Below, in pieces: positions 58,962 through 64,000 of a stretch of DNA of 64,000 nucleotides (position 1 is its first letter; every line of letters starts with the position of its first letter). The notes below the pieces were generated by a model. It saw nothing but the letters and a program-made list of their open reading frames with translations, did not search any database and was not told the DNA's origin. Both the position numbers and the translations under genes were made by a program. The stretch spans positions 4,183 to 68,182 of the forward strand of contig CAUQBM010000001.1 in assembly GCA_963516705.1 (NCBI GenBank). Reading direction: 5' to 3'. This stretch comes from an uncultured Candidatus Saccharibacteria bacterium. GTDB lineage: Bacteria; Patescibacteriota; Saccharimonadia; Saccharimonadales; Saccharimonadaceae.

Positions 58962-59860
58962 TCTATCTTTTTTACGGCGAAAATGAATTCGAGAAACGGC
59001 AAGCAATTGCTAAGCTGATCGGCAATGAAAAAGCGGCGCGACATGATGGCGAAGATTTGACGCTGGCTGGAATGCAGGAAATAGCAATTGGGCAGACGCT
59101 GTTTATGAACTCGTCGGTGTATTTGATTTCAAAATTGAGCGAAAATTCTGAGGTCTGGTCGCAACTTCCAGATATGAAGTTTGATGATGACAGGACGATT
59201 GTTCTGGTGGAAGATAAAATTGATAAGCGAGCAAAAACGTATAAGTGGCTGCAGAAAAATACCAAAGTTCAGGAATTTTCACCGCTTAGCGATCGCCAAA
59301 AACCGCAACTTTTAAAATGGTGCGTGGCGGAGGCGAAGGTTCGCGAGTGTGAATTAACGAATCATCAAGCAGAGATAATTGTTGATCGTTTGGGATTTGA
59401 TCAGTTGCGACTGAGTAATTTTTTAGATCAATTGTCGCTGGCGGAAAAAGTGACGGATGATTTAATTGACAACTTCATACCTCTGGCGAGGACGGAGAAT
59501 GTGTTTGATTTGTTCGTTTCGGCGCTGGCGGGTGATTATGATAAGGTTCACGATATAATTAGCTATTTGGAGTCGGAAAGTGGCGTTGATGGAGCTTACC
59601 AGACAATGGGGTTGCTTGCTTCGCAGGCTACTAACTTGACGGCGTTGGTTTTAGCTGACGGCGACAGTAAGTTGGTGGCTTCGGATTTTTCGGCTAATCC
59701 GTATGTTTTACGAAAAATGGCGTCTTCAGCAAAAGGTGTCGATAAGGAAAAACTGAAGAGGATAAATGATGCGCTACTTCGGGCGGACTTGCAAATGAAA
59801 ACAACCTCTGTAAACCCGTGGCTGCTTGTGGAGGCGGCGCTGGTTGGAATTGGAAAATAA
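58958..59860 (+). CDS. holA: DNA polymerase III subunit delta
   Basis: IYLFYGENEF start, TLF motif, DLQMKT near the C-terminus; next to rpsT. Confidence 0.82.
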   Translation: MIYLFYGENEFEKRQAIAKLIGNEKAARHDGEDLTLAGMQEIAIGQTLFMNSSVYLISKLSENSEVWSQLPDMKFDDDRTIVLVEDKIDKRAKTYKWLQKNTKVQEFSPLSDRQKPQLLKWCVAEAKVRECELTNHQAEIIVDRLGFDQLRLSNFLDQLSLAEKVTDDLIDNFIPLARTENVFDLFVSALAGDYDKVHDIISYLESESGVDGAYQTMGLLASQATNLTALVLADGDSKLVASDFSANPYVLRKMASSAKGVDKEKLKRINDALLRADLQMKTTSVNPWLLVEAALVGIGK

Positions 59861-59889
59861 AAATACCCCAGTTAATTCCGGGGTATTTT
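59860..59889. terminator. Bidirectional terminator between holA and rpsT
   Basis: AAAATACCCC-loop-GGGGTATTTT. Confidence 0.8.
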
Positions 59890-59906
59890 CTAGTAATCTT
59901 TACAGA

Positions 59907-60254
59907 TTATTTTTCAGCTTTCTTAGTAGCTGGCTTCTTTGCTGGAGCTTTTTTAGCGGCAGTTTTCTTAGCTGCTGGCTTTGCAGCTGGCTTTTTAGTA
60001 GCCTCTAATGTAACACCTGCTTTTTTAGCAATTTTGCTCAATGCGCTCTTTCGGCGAGCAGCGGTGTTTTTCTTAATCAAGCCTTTTTTAACAGCGGTGT
60101 CGATTTCGCTTTGTGCTGCAGCAAGAGTTTTTGCGCTTGGTTCTGCAGAGAAAGCTTTAACAGCAGTCTTAATGTCTTTTTTAATGCTGATGTTTCGCTC
60201 GCGGCGCTTTAAGGTTTGTTTAGCACGCTTGATGGCGGATTTGATGATTGGCAT
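59907..60254 (-). CDS. rpsT: 30S ribosomal protein S20 with K/A/P-rich C-terminal extension
   Basis: MPIIKSAIKR, IDTAVKKG.IKKNTAARRKS. Confidence 0.95.
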   Translation of the reverse strand: MPIIKSAIKRAKQTLKRRERNISIKKDIKTAVKAFSAEPSAKTLAAAQSEIDTAVKKGLIKKNTAARRKSALSKIAKKAGVTLEATKKPAAKPAAKKTAAKKAPAKKPATKKAEK

Positions 60255-60413
60255 GTTTCTCCTTTACCTCTATAGATTTGTATCGCTAATCAGGAAGAAT
60301 TATACAGAAAATAGCATAAATTGTAAAGAGGCGGCTTAGATATTGACTTTATGGTACTGCTTATGGTATAGTGATGCCAAGCGTAATTACAAAAAACAAA
60401 CATAGGAAAAATC

Positions 60414-62108
60414 ATGTCAAACGGATCAGCAAAGCAAAAAGTAATCCAGAGCATCAAGGATGTAACTAATATTTTAGTGACGGTGAGTTCTAGCCCGTCG
60501 GTCGACGAATTGTCGGCAGCATTAGGATTGACGATTTTCCTCAATAAACTAGGGAAGCACGCTACGGCTGTGTTTAGCGGCGACATTCCGCCAGCAATTA
60601 CGTTTTTGAATCCTGATAAGACGTTTGAGCAGACCGCAGATTCTTTACGTGATTTTATTATTGCCTTGGATAAAGAGAAGGCTGACCATTTGCGCTATAA
60701 AGTTGTTGACGACGCCGTAAAGATTTTCATTACGCCATATCGCACGACAATTACCGATAAAGACTTGGAATTTTCACAGGGCGATTATAACGTTGAGCTA
60801 GTTTTGGCGCTAAATGTTGAAAATAGTGAAAGTATTGACACGGCTTTGACTGCGCACGGTAAGATTTTGCATGACGCTACGGTTGTGGCTATAACAGCGG
60901 GCGACGTAAAGAGTGGTCTGGGTTCTGTTGATTGGCACGAATCTAATGCTAGTGGTGTGAGTGAAATGGTTGTTGAGCTTCTTGATGATCTGAAGACTCC
61001 GAAGGTTACCTTGGATGAGCAGATGGCGACAGCTTTGCTTACGGGAATTGTTGCAGTGACTGACCGATTTAGTAATGGAAATACATCATCAAAGGTTATG
61101 ACCACGGCCGCAGAACTTATGGCAGCTGGCGCAAATCAGCAATTGGTGGTTTCGAAGATTGCAGAGAGCGAAGTAGAGGATGAGCCGCAGAAGATTGAAA
61201 AGATCGAAGAAAAATCTCCAGAAAAAGAAGAAGCTTCAGAGGATAAGGCTGAAGAAGTAGAGAAAGATGAGGAAACTGTACACGCGGACGGAACTTTGTC
61301 GATTAGTCACGAAAAGAAGGGCGATGTTGATGAAGTGGCTGAACAAACAGCGAAGGAAAAGCAAGAAGAATCTGCTAGGATTGCTGAAGAGAAATTGGCT
61401 AAAATTGAGCCGATAGAGGAAGAGCCACAAGTCGAGGAGGAAAAGCCGAGTGAAAAAATAGTTTCAAAGGGCGAACTTTCTTTTGAGGAAACTCCGCTGA
61501 TGGGTGGCACTCTGAACGCAACGACTACACAGGCTGCCGAGGATAAGATTAGGGAATTGGCTAGCGATCAAAATAAAACCATCTTAACGCACGGTAAATA
61601 TGTGGGTGATAACACGCCGTCGTTTGGCGATACCCCATTAAATGCGGCTATGGGCGCGTCTGATGAACCACCAAAGATTGATCCGTTCGCGACAACTAAC
61701 GCCGCTGAGCAAAAATTGTCGACGATACCTGTTGCGCCGCAATCTGAAGAGTCGATTATTTCGGCAATTACCAACGACACAAATCAATTGAATAATCCAG
61801 TAGCGCCAGCTCCGAGTCAGCCGATTGCGCCAATTGAGCCAGCAATAACAAATCCTGAAAATAGCATTCCGGGCTTCGATTTACCAATGCCGCCAGCAAT
61901 GCCGGATTTCGGCGCTTTGCCACCAATGCCGCCAGCGCCTACAGGTGTTGATGTAAATGGACTGCCACAGATTGCACCGCTAGGGGTGGCGCCTGAGCCA
62001 GTAGCCGCTCCGCAAGCTCCAGCGCCTGCGCCGATCACCGCGATGCCAACTCAGCCAGCTCAAAACGCAGACTTCAATCCAGCGCAATTCCACATCCCAG
62101 GACAATAG
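60414..62108 (+). CDS. DHH/NrnA-like domain protein with degenerate motifs and a long acidic/Pro-rich tail
   Basis: PSVDELSAALGL, ATALLTGIVAVTDRF, AAELMAAGA; no DHH triad. Confidence 0.75.
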   Translation: MSNGSAKQKVIQSIKDVTNILVTVSSSPSVDELSAALGLTIFLNKLGKHATAVFSGDIPPAITFLNPDKTFEQTADSLRDFIIALDKEKADHLRYKVVDDAVKIFITPYRTTITDKDLEFSQGDYNVELVLALNVENSESIDTALTAHGKILHDATVVAITAGDVKSGLGSVDWHESNASGVSEMVVELLDDLKTPKVTLDEQMATALLTGIVAVTDRFSNGNTSSKVMTTAAELMAAGANQQLVVSKIAESEVEDEPQKIEKIEEKSPEKEEASEDKAEEVEKDEETVHADGTLSISHEKKGDVDEVAEQTAKEKQEESARIAEEKLAKIEPIEEEPQVEEEKPSEKIVSKGELSFEETPLMGGTLNATTTQAAEDKIRELASDQNKTILTHGKYVGDNTPSFGDTPLNAAMGASDEPPKIDPFATTNAAEQKLSTIPVAPQSEESIISAITNDTNQLNNPVAPAPSQPIAPIEPAITNPENSIPGFDLPMPPAMPDFGALPPMPPAPTGVDVNGLPQIAPLGVAPEPVAAPQAPAPAPITAMPTQPAQNADFNPAQFHIPGQ

Positions 62109-62111
62109 TTG

Positions 62112-62768
62112 ATGGACGAAGTGATTCTCATAGACAAACCTCAGGGAATGACTAGCTTTGGGGTGGTAGCGCGCTTGCGACGAGTTTTATCTAATCAGGC
62201 AGGAAAGAAGATAAAGGTTGGTCACACGGGTACGCTTGATCCGTTTGCTACTGGGCTAATGATTATTGTGACTGGAAAGAAATGTCGCGAAGCTGAAACT
62301 TTCACCAAGTTAGATAAGTGGTACGAGGCAGAAATTATTCTGGGCAAGAATAGTTCGACAGGCGATCCAGAAGGTGAAATTACTGATGTTTCTGATTGTG
62401 AGCCAAGCTTGGAAGAAGTTCAGCGGGTGATTAGTCAATTTGTGGGAAAAATTGAGCAGACGCCGCCGATTTTTAGCGCAATAAAAATTAACGGCGAAAG
62501 AGCGTATAAATTGGCGCGCGAAGGTAAACAAGTTGAGATTCCTAAGCGTGTGATAGAAATTTACTCGTTGGAGTTATTGGCATACGAATATCCCAAATTA
62601 AAGATCAGAACTCACGTTTCAAGTGGAACTTATATCCGAACGTTAGCGGTGGATATTGGCGAGAAACTAGGGACGGGCGCGTATTGTGAGAATTTGCGCC
62701 GAACGAAAATTGCCGACTATTCTATTGACCAGGCAAAGACTCTGGCGGATTTTGGAATTACTAGCTAA
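62112..62768 (+). CDS. truB: tRNA pseudouridine(55) synthase
   Basis: DKPQGMTS, KVGHTGTLDPFATG, SSGTYIRTL. Confidence 0.96.
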   Translation: MDEVILIDKPQGMTSFGVVARLRRVLSNQAGKKIKVGHTGTLDPFATGLMIIVTGKKCREAETFTKLDKWYEAEIILGKNSSTGDPEGEITDVSDCEPSLEEVQRVISQFVGKIEQTPPIFSAIKINGERAYKLAREGKQVEIPKRVIEIYSLELLAYEYPKLKIRTHVSSGTYIRTLAVDIGEKLGTGAYCENLRRTKIADYSIDQAKTLADFGITS

Positions 62769-62806
62769 TTGCAAAAAACAGAGAAGCTTGGTATAATTAC
62801 AGGGCT

Positions 62807-63073
62807 ATGATTAGCAAAGAGAATAAAGCGAAAGCAATTGCTTTGACTCAGGTCAATAAAAACGACGTCGGTAGCCCACAAGCTCAGGTGTCAGTTTTGA
62901 CGGCTCGTATCAAAGAAGTCACGGAGCATTTGAAGGCGAATAAGCACGACTTCATGGCTCGTCGCGGCTTGATCCAAATGGTTGGTAAGCGCAAGCGTTT
63001 GCTGAAATATTTGGAACGAACTGATTTTGAGTCTTACAAAGCAGTTGTTGCCAAATTAGGTTTGCGTAAATAA
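62807..63073 (+). CDS. rpsO: 30S ribosomal protein S15
   Basis: DVGSPQAQV, HD..ARRGL..MVGKRKRLLKYL, LGLRK. Confidence 0.97.
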   Translation: MISKENKAKAIALTQVNKNDVGSPQAQVSVLTARIKEVTEHLKANKHDFMARRGLIQMVGKRKRLLKYLERTDFESYKAVVAKLGLRK

Positions 63074-63092
63074 TTTACGTTAAAAACTGCTT

Positions 63093-63122
63093 AAATCCCC
63101 TTTGACGAAAAGGGGATTTTTG
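63093..63122. terminator. Terminator between rpsO and the sortase
   Basis: AAATCCCCTTT-loop-AAAGGGGATTT. Confidence 0.8.
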
Positions 63123-63131
63123 TTGTTCTGA

Positions 63132-63740
63132 CTATTTTTTCAATTTGGCGATAATCACATCTCGTCCGTCGTTTGCGCCGCCCAAAGTGCAGGAATAAAG
63201 AGTTAATTGCGGCTGATCTGTGCGCTGTTCGATTTCCACGGCATCTGGTTTAACGCTTTGTTTTTCGCTGATGACGTAATTGTAACGCACGCCGTTATAG
63301 TCAATGATAATTTCATCGCCGACAGTCAATTTATCGATATTATAAAAAGGCGATTTTCTGAGTGTTTGCTGAGGAGTTAATCCCATAATAAAACGGTGTG
63401 CAGATAAGACAAAATTGCCGCCATCTTTTGGGTTGCCGTTTTCTGGTTTACGCCACCACGCACCATGTTCCATTGTTTCGGCGCCGCCAGTACTATAAGG
63501 CAAATTTATGTCGATTTTCGGTATATAAAGTCGATTTTCGGTAATTTTATTCTCGGTTTTAGTGATGAGCTGAGTGGTCTGGTTGTCTTTTGGATTGATG
63601 TTTTGCGACAAAATAAGGGGCGTGCTGATGAGAGCAAGCAAATAAACTCCGCCAAGAATCATTAAGATTGCGATTATAGTTAAGATATAGCTTTTCCAGC
63701 TTTTCTGGCGATTTTTTACTGAATCTAGCTGAAGTGACAT
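63132..63740 (-). CDS. Sortase family protein
   Basis: N-terminal TM, LYIPKI, GNFVLSAHR, LTLYSC, downstream Arg. Confidence 0.88.
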   Translation of the reverse strand: MSLQLDSVKNRQKSWKSYILTIIAILMILGGVYLLALISTPLILSQNINPKDNQTTQLITKTENKITENRLYIPKIDINLPYSTGGAETMEHGAWWRKPENGNPKDGGNFVLSAHRFIMGLTPQQTLRKSPFYNIDKLTVGDEIIIDYNGVRYNYVISEKQSVKPDAVEIEQRTDQPQLTLYSCTLGGANDGRDVIIAKLKK

Positions 63741-63844
63741 GAATAAATTATAGCATATTCATCTGTTAATAAGGTTATGTTAAGCGCGCTCGCGGCTGGC
63801 GTTTGGGCTGAGGTTTTAGTATAATATAAGGAGCAATTTGTAAC

Positions 63845-63905
63845 GCGGAAGTGATAGAGATGAGACGACTAAATTGCCAAGTAATTTCATCCCTGTTACT
63901 ACCGC
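63845..63905 (+). promoter_or_regulatory. Long hairpin in the pnp 5' leader
   Basis: GCGG-A-AGTGATAG-A-GATGAGA pairs with TTTCATC-C-CTGTTACT-A-CCGC; lies between TATAAT and the AAGGAG RBS. Confidence 0.6.
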
Positions 63906-63921
63906 AAGAAAGGAGCTCTTT

Positions 63922-64000
63922 ATGAGTATTATCAATCCAAGCGGCAAGGAGATTTTTAGTGTTACCACTGATTTTTGTGGTCGGCCGCTGACTTTAGAAG
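63922..64000 (+). CDS. pnp: Polyribonucleotide nucleotidyltransferase (partial, N-terminus)
   Basis: MSIINPSGKEIFSVTTDFCGRPLTLE resembles the PNPase N-terminus; lies near rpsO. Confidence 0.7.
   Translation, partial: MSIINPSGKEIFSVTTDFCGRPLTLE

Noticed and set aside
1..64000. Alternative genetic code (TGA=Gly, as in Gracilibacteria/Absconditabacteria)
   Set aside because: Core genes are intact under code 11, and TGA terminates genes such as dnaG, orn and mutM

Overview
This is a gene-dense bacterial chromosome segment using the standard genetic code. Gene content points to Candidatus Saccharibacteria (TM7, Patescibacteria/CPR); that taxonomy is inferred, not proven. Positions 1-14.8 kb hold the CPR-type T4SS-like locus: a large membrane protein running off the left edge, a VirB4-like ATPase, an accessory protein, PrgI, two VirB6-like paralogues, a lipoprotein, tRNA-Asp and six tandem VirB2/TrbC-like pilins, with a seventh pilin at 17.7 kb. 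The rest is mostly housekeeping: hsp20, comF, rlmH, valS, femAB-like, tsaD, murE/F, CIRCE-groES/EL, PGI/PMI, an ABC exporter, nrdAB, argS, mscL, pyrH, orn, dnaG, rpoD, polA, mutM, holA, rpsT, truB, rpsO, a sortase and the start of pnp. Six tRNAs are present, and one- or two-gene orphan islets sit between core genes. The most notable observation is the ribonucleotide reductase locus. NrdA has all catalytic residues but no C-terminal redox-shuttle cysteines, and NrdB has the radical-Tyr-free class Ic signature. A 59-aa ORF missed by the ORF track (38651-38830) ends in CDGCE and has its own promoter with tandem NrdR-like boxes, so it is a candidate free-standing, trans-acting NrdA tail. Other observations are pervasive leaderless-type promoters, a tRNA-Arg(GCG), a pseudoknot-headed mini-cassette splitting a transglutaminase-like gene, and a duplicated orn 5' fragment flanking a CCA/poly(A)-polymerase-like gene. 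No CRISPR array, integrase or transposase was seen.
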